Source of the DNA: Nannocystis bainbridge
GTDB lineage: Bacteria > Myxococcota_A > Polyangia > Nannocystales > Nannocystaceae
Reading direction: 5' to 3'
Assembly: GCF_028368995.1 (NCBI RefSeq)
Contig: NZ_JAQNDL010000003.1
Span: forward strand, 2,432,001-2,496,000
Length of the DNA stretch: 64,000 bases
Shown: positions 46,892 to 55,420 of the stretch, piece after piece
Position numbering within the stretch: position 1 is the stretch's first letter
How the letters are laid out: each line of letters opens with the position of its first letter
Made by a program: the position numbers and the translations under genes
Notes under the pieces: generated by a model
The model's database searches: none
What the model was told of the DNA's origin: nothing
What the model saw: the letters and a program-made list of their open reading frames with translations, nothing else

Positions 46892-48334
46892 TCATGCCTT
46901 GAAGGTCATGAGCGGCCGCATGCGGGCGACGACGTCGCACAGCCCGGCCTCGACCTGGCACGCGACCACCGGGCCGATCGGCTTGTAGGCGGCAGGCGCC
47001 TCCTCGATCCGCCGCTCCTCACGGAGGGTGATGCAGTCGACCCCGGCGAGCCCGAGGTCCCCGGTCTCGCGCCCGCGCCGACCCATCTCGAAGCGAGAGG
47101 TCGCGCGCCCGGCCCCGTGCGACGCCGAGCCGAGCAATTGCGGCGACCCGCGCCCGACCAGCAGATACGAGGCCGCGCCCATCGACCCGGGGATGATCAC
47201 CGGCTGCTCGACCCCGGCCGGGCACGCGCCCTTGCGGGTGATCCATCGCTTCGCCGCGCCTTCCACGGGCAGCGTGATGTTGTGCGGCAGGTCGTACACG
47301 AGCGGCGCGGCGACCTCGCCGAACAGCTCGCGCAGGCGCTGCCGCAGCAGCTCGGCCAGCAGCAGACGGTTGAGGAACCCGTAGTTCGCTGCCGTCGCCT
47401 CCGCCTGCATGTAGCCGGCGACGGCCTCGGGCTGATCCGCCAGCGACAGCGAGAACAGCCCCTCCGGCGGGAACTTCTGGCCCTTCGGCCACAGGCCGCG
47501 CGCCCGGTCGCGCCACAGCGCGCCGACGTGCTTGCCGACCCCGCGCGAACCCGAGTGGATCATGATCGCCACCTGCCCTGCGCGCACGTTCCACTGCCAC
47601 GCGCGGGCCCGGTCGACCACCTCCTCGACCACCTGGATCTCGACGAAGTGATTGCCGCCGCCGATCGTCGCCAGCCCGCCGTCGCGCACCACCCCCTCCT
47701 CCGGCACGATGTCCTCGGGCGCCCAGCGCGGATCGCCGTCCAGCCCGCCGCCCAGGTGCACGCGATCGATCTCCCGCTCGAGCTGATCCAGGTCGCACCG
47801 CGCCAGCTGCCCCAGCGGCCGCCGGCGCACCGCCGACAGCCACCCGGCCAGCCCCTCGCGGAACAGCCCCTGCATCGCCTCGGCCGTCATCGGCAGGTCG
47901 CGCGACGAGAAGAAGTAGTCGCCCTTGAGCCGCTCGACCAGCACATCGCGCTTGGCCAGCAGCTGCTCGGCGGTCAGATCGACCACGTGCAGCCGCATCC
48001 CGCAATTGATGTCGGTGCCGACCGCCGCGGGCACGACGATCCCCTCGGTCTCGACGATCGAACCGATCGCCACGCCGGCGTCGCCCGGATGAAAGTCGGG
48101 CGACGCGCGTACCGTCGTCACGCCGCCGCCCGCCGGGTGGCGCAGCGCGGCCAGTCCGGCCAGCTGGCGCAGCGCCTTGGCTTCGATCGGGAAATCGTCG
48201 GGGAGCAGCACCTCCCCCGCCGGCGCATCGGCGACGTCCTTGAGCCGCACCCGGTACACTCGACCGTCGCGCTCGACATGGAGGCCCTCGCGCGCGAGCG
48301 CGGCGAAGACCCGTTGCAAGTTCTTTGGCTGCAT
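46892..48334 (-). CDS. rtcB: RtcB family RNA ligase
   Basis: PDFHPG, GTDINCG, TIGGGNHFVE, HSGSRG, HN, PGSMG, SHGAGR, EEAPAAYK; AGGAG RBS before ATG at 48334. Confidence 0.95.
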   Translation of the reverse strand: MQPKNLQRVFAALAREGLHVERDGRVYRVRLKDVADAPAGEVLLPDDFPIEAKALRQLAGLAALRHPAGGGVTTVRASPDFHPGDAGVAIGSIVETEGIVVPAAVGTDINCGMRLHVVDLTAEQLLAKRDVLVERLKGDYFFSSRDLPMTAEAMQGLFREGLAGWLSAVRRRPLGQLARCDLDQLEREIDRVHLGGGLDGDPRWAPEDIVPEEGVVRDGGLATIGGGNHFVEIQVVEEVVDRARAWQWNVRAGQVAIMIHSGSRGVGKHVGALWRDRARGLWPKGQKFPPEGLFSLSLADQPEAVAGYMQAEATAANYGFLNRLLLAELLRQRLRELFGEVAAPLVYDLPHNITLPVEGAAKRWITRKGACPAGVEQPVIIPGSMGAASYLLVGRGSPQLLGSASHGAGRATSRFEMGRRGRETGDLGLAGVDCITLREERRIEEAPAAYKPIGPVVACQVEAGLCDVVARMRPLMTFKA

Positions 48335-48339
48335 AGACA

Positions 48340-48525
48340 CTGGGCTCCTGCGCACGCGTCGGCCCACGCGCGAGCATTGCGTCGCGTCGCCTCTCGCGGC
48401 GCGCGACGTGCCTGTGCGACCTGACCCTCGGGGCCGTGTCGTGACGCACAGGTCCAATCCACCCCGACGCGACGGACAGCCGTGCATCAGGGCCCAGAGA
48501 ATTCCGAGCAGCAGCCGCGGAACGG
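48340..48525 (-). ncRNA. candidate structured cis-regulatory leader of rtcB
   Basis: Nested stems 48481-48497/48340-48356 (covers SD), 48465-48474/48380-48389, 48445-48452/48411-48418. Confidence 0.5.
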
Positions 48526-48530
48526 CGAGG

Positions 48531-48559
48531 AAGTTACGAGCAGCCCTCCTCGAAGTCAA
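48531..48559 (-). promoter_or_regulatory. putative sigma70 promoter for rtcB
   Basis: TTGACT-N17-TAACTT on minus strand. Confidence 0.6.
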
Positions 48560-48841
48560 GCCCGATCGCGGCAGCGCGACCTCGAGCCCGACCACGACCT
48601 CTCGCGAATCAATCTGTCCTTCGAGACACATCAAAACCGCGACTCGCCGCTGCCCTCTCACCTTCTGCCTCCGCGTGTCTCACCACCCGACATCGAGGCA
48701 TGACTCTGCGGCTCGCGCTTCGGCACCAACGACCTCCTCTTCGCCTCAGCGCATCGCGCATGCCCGCGGAGCATCGCTTCCATCCCGCACGACGCGTCAC
48801 CGCCCCACCGCTTCGCCCCTGCACCAATCAGCCGCGAGCTC

Positions 48842-50320
48842 TCACCGCGTCGCCTGTCCCTTCGCACACGCCTTCACCAGCTCGGGCGCCGCCGGCTCGC
48901 GGCGCCACCACCCGGCCTCGCCCGGGCGCGTGAACGTGTAGCGCCAGAACTGCACCCGCACGTGCGACGGCCCTTCCAGCAGCGGCGTGGCGAAGAAACC
49001 CTGCGCTCGCTCCGGCTCCTCGCACAGCGTCGTCAGCAGCCGGCGCACGTACCCCGGCGGCGCACGTCGAGCCCGCAGCCCGTAGAACCACAGCATGAAG
49101 TCGAGCCGCGGCTGATGCGGCGCCACCCACGGCGGAGCCCGATCGAGCGGACCCGGCTTGTAGAACATGCCATACGTCCGCCACGCCCCGGCCTCGAAGC
49201 CCGCGAACTCCGGCTCGACGCGCACGCGGGTGATCTGCGCGAACAGGTGATACGCGTTGAACACGTGCCACGGGGCCGCGCACCGCTGCAGCGCCGTCGC
49301 CCACCGCCCGGCCCCGGCGCCGAGCTCGACCCGCGCCGTCGCCAGCGACAGCGTCACGTACACCAGCGCGAACGCGGCCACGAGCCCGGCGCGCAGCCGC
49401 GGCCACGCCGGCGCGCGCACCTCCTCGCGCGGCAGCAGCACCCGCCCCCACACCGAGCGCCCCGGCAGCCGCGCGTACAGCCACAGTAGGTCCGCGTCGC
49501 GCAGCATGAAGAGGTGCAGCGTCAGCGCCAGCCACACGAAGAACCCGTAGTTCGCGGTCGCCAGGTTCAGCGCCTGAAACCCCGTCAGCACCACCAGCGC
49601 GATCAGCCGCCCGCGCCGGCCGCAGAACAGCAGCACCGGCGCCACCAGCTCGGCCACCAGCGTCGCCCGGCTCTCGAGCGCGTGCCACCAGCCGGGCAGG
49701 TGATGGGCGAACCACGCCACTGGCGTCGGCAGCGGCGCCGTCTCGTAATAATAGGACATGGCGCTGCCGTCCAGCCAATCGCCGAGCGGCGAGCCCCACT
49801 TGGCCAGGCCTGACTCGAAGTACAGCTTGAACGCCGCGAACAGCAGCAGCAGGTGCGCCGTCGCCTGCGGCCGGTCGCGCGGCAGCAGCAGCGCCAGCAC
49901 CCCGCACTCGACCAGCAGGCTGTCCCACTGGAACTGCAGGAACGGCGCGCCGACGCTGACGAACGAGAGATACAGCAGCGTGGCGATCGCCAGCCCCACA
50001 CGCGGCCACACGCCGACGAGCGCCAGCGCCCCCGCGAGCATGCCGACGGTCGCGGCCCCGCGCAGCGCCGCGTCGCTCGTGCCCCACCACAAGAAGATCG
50101 TCGGCGTCGCCAACCACCCGCCCGGGCGCGCGCCCGCGACGGCCTCGGCGATCGGCGACAACCCCCCTGTGCCCAGCAGCGGCGCGATCTGTGCGCGCAG
50201 CGATCCGAACGCGATCACGAACACCAGGCCCAGCAACGTGTGAAACAGCCGCGCCACCACCGGACCCGAGTCGGGCGAGACCCAACCGATGCAGCCAGTG
50301 GGCGCGGCGCGGTCCGTCAC
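48842..50320 (-). CDS. lipase maturation factor (LMF1) family membrane protein
   Basis: FLQFQWDSLLVECG, YFESGLAK, YYYETAPLPTP, TANYGFF, NAYHLFA, APHQPRLDFMLWF; start may be about 50260. Confidence 0.92.
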   Translation of the reverse strand: MTDRAAPTGCIGWVSPDSGPVVARLFHTLLGLVFVIAFGSLRAQIAPLLGTGGLSPIAEAVAGARPGGWLATPTIFLWWGTSDAALRGAATVGMLAGALALVGVWPRVGLAIATLLYLSFVSVGAPFLQFQWDSLLVECGVLALLLPRDRPQATAHLLLLFAAFKLYFESGLAKWGSPLGDWLDGSAMSYYYETAPLPTPVAWFAHHLPGWWHALESRATLVAELVAPVLLFCGRRGRLIALVVLTGFQALNLATANYGFFVWLALTLHLFMLRDADLLWLYARLPGRSVWGRVLLPREEVRAPAWPRLRAGLVAAFALVYVTLSLATARVELGAGAGRWATALQRCAAPWHVFNAYHLFAQITRVRVEPEFAGFEAGAWRTYGMFYKPGPLDRAPPWVAPHQPRLDFMLWFYGLRARRAPPGYVRRLLTTLCEEPERAQGFFATPLLEGPSHVRVQFWRYTFTRPGEAGWWRREPAAPELVKACAKGQATR

Positions 50321-50400
50321 CCTTCGACACTACGAGCCAGGGCCGAGCATGACAACCGCGCGGCTTGACCTGCGCCGCGCTTTCGCGTCACCTTTCGACC

Positions 50401-51969
50401 ATGACGCTTATCCGCACTTCCTTAGACCCCGTCCGCACCTCCCTCTTCGTCGCCCTCGGCCTGCTCGCCGCCTGCGCCCCCGGCAAGAACGAGACCGAGA
50501 CCGACGCCACCTCGCTGTCCGAGACCGGCGCCACCACCGACACCGGCAACACCAGCTCGGTCACCGAGGCCACCACCGATCCCGGCACCGGCAGCGAGAG
50601 CGGCGGCCAGACGACCTCGACCCCGACCACCGAGTCGCCGACCTCGACCACCGGCGTGATGCCGTCGCCGGTCTGCGAGGGCACCGTCACCGAGATCGCG
50701 CAAGCCTTCGTCGATCCGCCGACGCCCTCGGGCTTCGTGAAGTGCGACGACGGCGTCATCCACCGCCCCGAGCCGCGCGAGTGCCTGTCGCCGAGCACGC
50801 CGAGCACCTGCCCGGCCGACGCGTCGCCCGACGGCGAGTGCCTCACCGACGCCGACTGCACCGGCAAGCCGTTCGGCTCGTGCCAGCTCAACCAGGTGTT
50901 CGGCGGCATCCTCGCGCCCGGCGATAGCTGCAGCTGCGTGTTCGGCTGCCAGACCGACAGCGACTGCGACACCGGTGAAGTCTGCCGCTGCGCCGGCGAC
51001 GGCCTCGGCCTCCACACCGAATGCATCCCCGCGACGTGCATCACCGACGCCGACTGCGACGGCGAGCTGTGCGGCTTCTCGCCCGACATCTGCGAGCCCG
51101 GCGTGTTCTCCTCGCACTGCACCACCCCCGCCGACAGCTGCGCCGGCGACGGCGACTGCGACAGCCCGCCGTGCAGCTTCGACGGCAGCGCGTGGGCCTG
51201 CGCCAACGCGGCCTGCGGCCGGCCCTTCCTGGTCGACGACGAAGCCGTCACCGCGCCCGCGTGCGCGCGCGACGACTGGCGCGGCCTCGTGCTCGCCCCC
51301 GTCGCGCTGCCGCCGACGCGCGCGCGCCTGGCCGCGTACTGGCAGCAGATCGGCCTGTGCGAGCACGCCTCGGTGGCCTCGTTCGCGCGCTTCATCCTGC
51401 AGCTGCTGGCCGTCGGCGCGCCGGCCGATCTGGTGGAGGGGGCGCAGCGGGCCCTGGCCGACGAGATCGAGCACGCGCGCCTGTGCTTCGCGCTGGCGAG
51501 CCTGTACCAAGGGGCAGGTGTCGGACCGGGCCCGCTGATGGCCGCCGACGCGCTCGGCGAGCTCGACCTCGACGCGGTGGTCGCCGCGGTCATCCGTGAA
51601 GCCTGCGTCGGCGAGACGCTGTCGGCGCTCGAGGCCCGCGAGGCGGCCCTGCGCGCCGAGGACCCGGCCCTGCGCCGTCCGCTCGAGCGCATCGCCGCGG
51701 ACGAGCAGCGCCACGCCGAGCTCGGCTGGAGGTTCGTCCAGTGGGCCCTCGCGCGAGCGAGCGCGGATCAGCGCGCGCGCGCCGAGGCGGTGTTCGCCGC
51801 CGCGATCGCCGACGCCGAGGCGACGATCGCCACGCTCGCGGCCCAGCCCGGCGAGCCCGAGCTGCACGCCCACGGGGTCATCGACGCCCCGCTGCGCGCC
51901 GCGCTGTGGCGCGAGGGCCTGCGCGAGCTCGTCCGCCCGACGCTCGCCGCCCTCCACCACGCCGCCTGA
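50401..51969 (+). CDS. lipoprotein: Thr stalk + Cys-rich region + ferritin-like di-iron domain
   Basis: LAAC lipobox; CxTDxDC repeats; CGRPF; EHASVASF, DEIEHA, EACVGET, DEQRHAELGW. Confidence 0.85.
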   Translation: MTLIRTSLDPVRTSLFVALGLLAACAPGKNETETDATSLSETGATTDTGNTSSVTEATTDPGTGSESGGQTTSTPTTESPTSTTGVMPSPVCEGTVTEIAQAFVDPPTPSGFVKCDDGVIHRPEPRECLSPSTPSTCPADASPDGECLTDADCTGKPFGSCQLNQVFGGILAPGDSCSCVFGCQTDSDCDTGEVCRCAGDGLGLHTECIPATCITDADCDGELCGFSPDICEPGVFSSHCTTPADSCAGDGDCDSPPCSFDGSAWACANAACGRPFLVDDEAVTAPACARDDWRGLVLAPVALPPTRARLAAYWQQIGLCEHASVASFARFILQLLAVGAPADLVEGAQRALADEIEHARLCFALASLYQGAGVGPGPLMAADALGELDLDAVVAAVIREACVGETLSALEAREAALRAEDPALRRPLERIAADEQRHAELGWRFVQWALARASADQRARAEAVFAAAIADAEATIATLAAQPGEPELHAHGVIDAPLRAALWREGLRELVRPTLAALHHAA

Positions 51970-51993
51970 GTTCTCTCTCGACTTAAAGGGAGA

Positions 51994-52116
51994 GCAGCGG
52001 CGCGCCTCGACGCGCCACTGCGGACTCGCTTACGCGCGCTCTTCCACGCGAGCGAGACCGCAGCGGTGCGCCTCGACGCGCCGCTGCGGACTCGCGCGCT
52101 CGTCCGCACGAGCGAG
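51994..52116. repeat. two ~66-bp direct repeats each containing a hairpin (REP-like)
   Basis: GCAGCGG(C/T)GCG-cctcga-CGCGCC(A/G)CTGC GGACTCGC at 51994 and 52060. Confidence 0.65.
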
Positions 52117-52445
52117 TTCGTCGCGCCGAGCTCGCCCGCACGAGCGCCTTCGCCGCCAGGAACTCGCGCTGAGCGGCTCTGCCTCGCGGCGAAAGTGACA
52201 GTGCCCGCCGCCCTCATGCGCACCCGCGCCCGATCCGCTCCTGCTGTCCCACACGCGGCCGGCGACAGCGCCTCCGTGACCGGGTTCCCGGCCGACGCGA
52301 TCGCTGTCACTTTCTCCCCCGCCGACATCGCCCCGGCGTCCGGGTTCCCGCCGCGGCGCACCTGCTTCGCCCGCGACAACGGCCCCTGACGCAGGTTCCC
52401 GGGCGAGTTCGTCGCGTGCTGCCCACACATTTTTTCGCGACCCGA

Positions 52446-52472
52446 GGAACCGCGACCCCGGGCCTCTGTCTG
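52446..52472 (+). promoter_or_regulatory. possible ECF-sigma promoter
   Basis: GGAACC-N16-GTCTG upstream of the AgmX/PglI-type gene. Confidence 0.35.
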
Positions 52473-52562
52473 TAGCCGCGTCGACGGTGCTGCGACGGCG
52501 AGGCGGGAGGCGGCTGCGAACCAGCCCATCCGCCGCCGCGACGGACCCCCGCGCGGCGAGAC

Positions 52563-52614
52563 GAGCCTGCTCGTCGAGACAGTACCCAAAGAACATGTCC
52601 CTTCGGTCATTTCA
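52563..52614. repeat. degenerate 14-bp-period decamer array (4 units)
   Basis: GAGCCTGCTC gtcg AGACAGTACC caaa GAACATGTCC cttc GGTCATTTCA. Confidence 0.5.
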
Positions 52615-52639
52615 TTTTGCCGAGAAAGTCAGTGACGCC

Positions 52640-54334
52640 ATGACCATCCGCGACCAGCGTAACGAAGTCAGCTCTGTCAACAACGAGTCCGAGGTGCAGG
52701 ACGGCGGCCGGGTCGCCGAGGTCGTGGCGATGTACAACGACACCGTCCTCGACGTGCAGCACCTCGGCCAGACCCGCGACGGTCGGCGCAGCGCGCCCAA
52801 GTGGCTCGCCGTCGGCGGCGCCCTGGTGCTCGGCGGCCTGGCCCTCTTCGGCCACGACGCCGCCCAGGACTGGGACGGCCACGCCGAGGCCATGAAGGCC
52901 GCGGCCGAGGTCAGCGCCCCGGCGCCGAAGGCCCCCGGCACCGGCCTCGGCGGCCTCGGCTTCGGCCTGGCGATGCTCGGCCTGATCCCCTTCGGCGTCG
53001 CCGCCATGCGCATGCAGGATCGCTCGCGCACCGCCTACACCCTCGGCGAGGGCCACGACGCCGCCTTCCACGTCGTCGTCCCCGGCCACCGCGATCTCCC
53101 GATCGTCCTCGGCGACCGCGAGCACAGCCTGCAGTTCACCGCCGACATGGCCGGCGAGGTCCGGATCGGCGACACCCACGTGACCCTCGCGGAGCTGATC
53201 CAAAACGGCCTCGCGCGGCAGGTCGAGGCCGGCGTCTACAGCTACCCGCTGGCCGCCGGCGCCAGGGCGCGGATCCGCTGGCAGGGCCTGACCTTCTTCA
53301 TCCACTCGGTCGCTCCCGGCCGCGTGATCGCTCGCAAGAGCGAGATCGACAAGCCGTTCTGGTTCCACAACGGCCTGTCCGCCGCCGCGATCGGCAGCCT
53401 CATCCTGCTCACGCAGATGATCCCGAACGAGGCCGGCGCGCTGGCGCTGCAGGAGGAGCTCGCGGAGAGCCGCTTCGTCGGCTACCTCGCCCAGCCGAAC
53501 GAGCAGAAGGACGAGGCGCTCCCGACCGACGAGGAGCAGGCCGACGAGCCCGGCGGCGCGGCCGGCGAGCGCCACGTCGGTGACGAGGGCAAGGCCGGCA
53601 AGAAGGAGAGCAAGCAGGTCTCCGGTCGTTACGCCATCAAGGGTCCGCCCTCGGCGGTCCCCAAGCTGGCCCGCGCCTTCGACCCTGACATGGACGCGCG
53701 CAACACCGGCGTCCTCGGCCTGATGAAGGCCGACTCGGGTCACTTCATGGCCTCGCCCTTCGGCGACGCCTTCGCCGTCGGCAACGACAGCGACGACGTG
53801 TGGGGTCAGCTCGTCGGCAAGGACATCGCCGAGTCCAACGGCGTCGGCGGCCTCGGGCTCGTCGGCTCCGGCCGCGCGGGCGGCGGCACCGGCGAGGGCA
53901 CGGTGGGCCTGACCTCGGTCGGTCTCATCGGCCACAACCGCCCCGGCGACGGCGAGGGCGGCCTGCGTCGCCGCGTGTCCGGCTTCGACGATCGCAAGGG
54001 CCGTACCCCGCAGGTCCTCGCCACCAAGGCCGAGGTCATCGGCGGGCTCGACAAGGACCTCATCCGCCGCGTCGTGCGGGCTCACATCAACGAGGTGCGC
54101 TACTGCTACAACCAGGGGCTGGCCAAGGACGCCAACCTCAAGGGCCGCGTCGCCGTCCAGTTCACCATCGGCGGCACCGGCAAGGTCACCTCGGCCGTCG
54201 TCGGCGAGACCGACCTCAAGGACCGCGCCGTCGGGTCCTGCATCGCCCAGGCGGTCAAGCGCTGGTCCTTCCCCAAGCCGGCCTCGGGCGGCGCCGCGAT
54301 CGTGACCTACCCGTTCATCCTCCAGCCCGGCTGA
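52640..54334 (+). CDS. AgmX/PglI C-terminal (TonB-C-like) domain membrane protein, GltG-like
   Basis: TM segments, Gly-rich linker, GLDKDLIRRVVRAHINEVRYCY...GRVAVQFTI...CIAQAVKRWSFPKP...VTYPF. Confidence 0.85.
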   Translation: MTIRDQRNEVSSVNNESEVQDGGRVAEVVAMYNDTVLDVQHLGQTRDGRRSAPKWLAVGGALVLGGLALFGHDAAQDWDGHAEAMKAAAEVSAPAPKAPGTGLGGLGFGLAMLGLIPFGVAAMRMQDRSRTAYTLGEGHDAAFHVVVPGHRDLPIVLGDREHSLQFTADMAGEVRIGDTHVTLAELIQNGLARQVEAGVYSYPLAAGARARIRWQGLTFFIHSVAPGRVIARKSEIDKPFWFHNGLSAAAIGSLILLTQMIPNEAGALALQEELAESRFVGYLAQPNEQKDEALPTDEEQADEPGGAAGERHVGDEGKAGKKESKQVSGRYAIKGPPSAVPKLARAFDPDMDARNTGVLGLMKADSGHFMASPFGDAFAVGNDSDDVWGQLVGKDIAESNGVGGLGLVGSGRAGGGTGEGTVGLTSVGLIGHNRPGDGEGGLRRRVSGFDDRKGRTPQVLATKAEVIGGLDKDLIRRVVRAHINEVRYCYNQGLAKDANLKGRVAVQFTIGGTGKVTSAVVGETDLKDRAVGSCIAQAVKRWSFPKPASGGAAIVTYPFILQPG

Positions 54335-54356
54335 CCTTAAAGACAGCCCATGCCCG

Positions 54357-54396
54357 ACCGGGCGGCGCCCTCGCGGCTCCGCCCGGTTTTCTTTTT
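54357..54396 (+). terminator. rho-independent terminator
   Basis: ACCGGGCGG.GCC...GGC.CCGCCCGGT stem then TTTCTTTTT. Confidence 0.7.
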
Positions 54397-55063
54397 ACTC
54401 GAGCCCGTCGTTCAGCCCCGCGTCCGGGTCGCGTCGCAGCTTCAAGATCTTCTCGAGCCGCTCGAACAGATCGATGCGGTCGACCAGGTCGTGGAGATAG
54501 TCGAGCTTGTCGGTCTCGATCGTCACCGTCTCCGACAGGTCGTAGCGCGAGAACCACGCGTCGTAGAGCTCCTGCAGCCGCCGCAGATAGGCGGTCGGGA
54601 TCGCCTGCTCCTCCGGCCGCCCGCGCAGCGCGATCCGCTTGCGCAGCGTCCGCATCGAGCACTTCAAATAGATCATCAGGTCCGGCGGCGGCAGCTGGTG
54701 GACGATGGCCTCGTACAGCTCGCGGTAGGTCTGATAGTCGCGCCGCGTCATCTGTTTGCGGCGGTACAGGTTCTCCGCGAAGATCTCCGCGTCCTCGTAG
54801 ATCGTGCGGTCGCCGATCACCGGCTGCGTGGCCCGGATGAGCTCCTGGTGGATGCGAAACTTCTTGGCCAGGAAGAACACCTGCGAGTGGAACGCCCACC
54901 GCGGCATGTCCCCGTAGAAGTCGACCAGGTACGGGTTCTGCTCGTTCGGCTCGAAGTGCGGCGTCAAACGAAACTGCCGCGCGAGGAACGTGACGAGCGT
55001 CGACTTGCCGACGCCGATGTTGCCGGCGACGGCCACGAACCTGCGGGGGCGGGCAGCGTTCAC
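54395..55063 (-). CDS. deoxynucleoside kinase (dNK family)
   Basis: VAGNIGVGKST, NPYLVDFY, DRTIYED, PDLMIYL, RIALRGRPEE; GTG start at 55063 inferred. Confidence 0.93.
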   Translation of the reverse strand: MNAARPRRFVAVAGNIGVGKSTLVTFLARQFRLTPHFEPNEQNPYLVDFYGDMPRWAFHSQVFFLAKKFRIHQELIRATQPVIGDRTIYEDAEIFAENLYRRKQMTRRDYQTYRELYEAIVHQLPPPDLMIYLKCSMRTLRKRIALRGRPEEQAIPTAYLRRLQELYDAWFSRYDLSETVTIETDKLDYLHDLVDRIDLFERLEKILKLRRDPDAGLNDGLE

Positions 55064-55420
55064 CCAGGCCGGGTACCGCGATCGCGTGCCCATGTCGAGT
55101 GCGCGAACCCGCGCGATCGCCTCCGCGTGCCGCCGCCGGCCCAGCCGTCGCCCCAACCGCCGCCATCGACTCGTCGGCCCCGCAGATCTGCCACGCCATC
55201 GCTCGCAGCGCCGACGTAGCGAGGTGCCCGTCGCATCGACCCTCCGATCGTCCTCAGCGACGAACTCGCCGAGCCACGACTCGCCAGCCGAGCCCACATC
55301 CCTCGACTCGCCTCACCGTCCGGGCCCGGGCCATCGGCGGCCGACACGCGACGGCCCGGAGCGGCGCCTCGCTCGATGACGCGCCGGACCCGTTTGTTTT
55401 CTCGTATCATCCGCGCCCGC

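Noticed and set aside
48340-48525. tRNA, Y RNA or hammerhead ribozyme upstream of rtcB
   Set aside because: No TTCGA T-loop or cloverleaf; CTGATG is not followed by the hammerhead core (CUGAnGA...GAAA).
48335-48661. N-terminal extension of RtcB to 589 aa
   Set aside because: Good SD before ATG 48334; the extension overlaps a promoter-like motif and has atypical composition.
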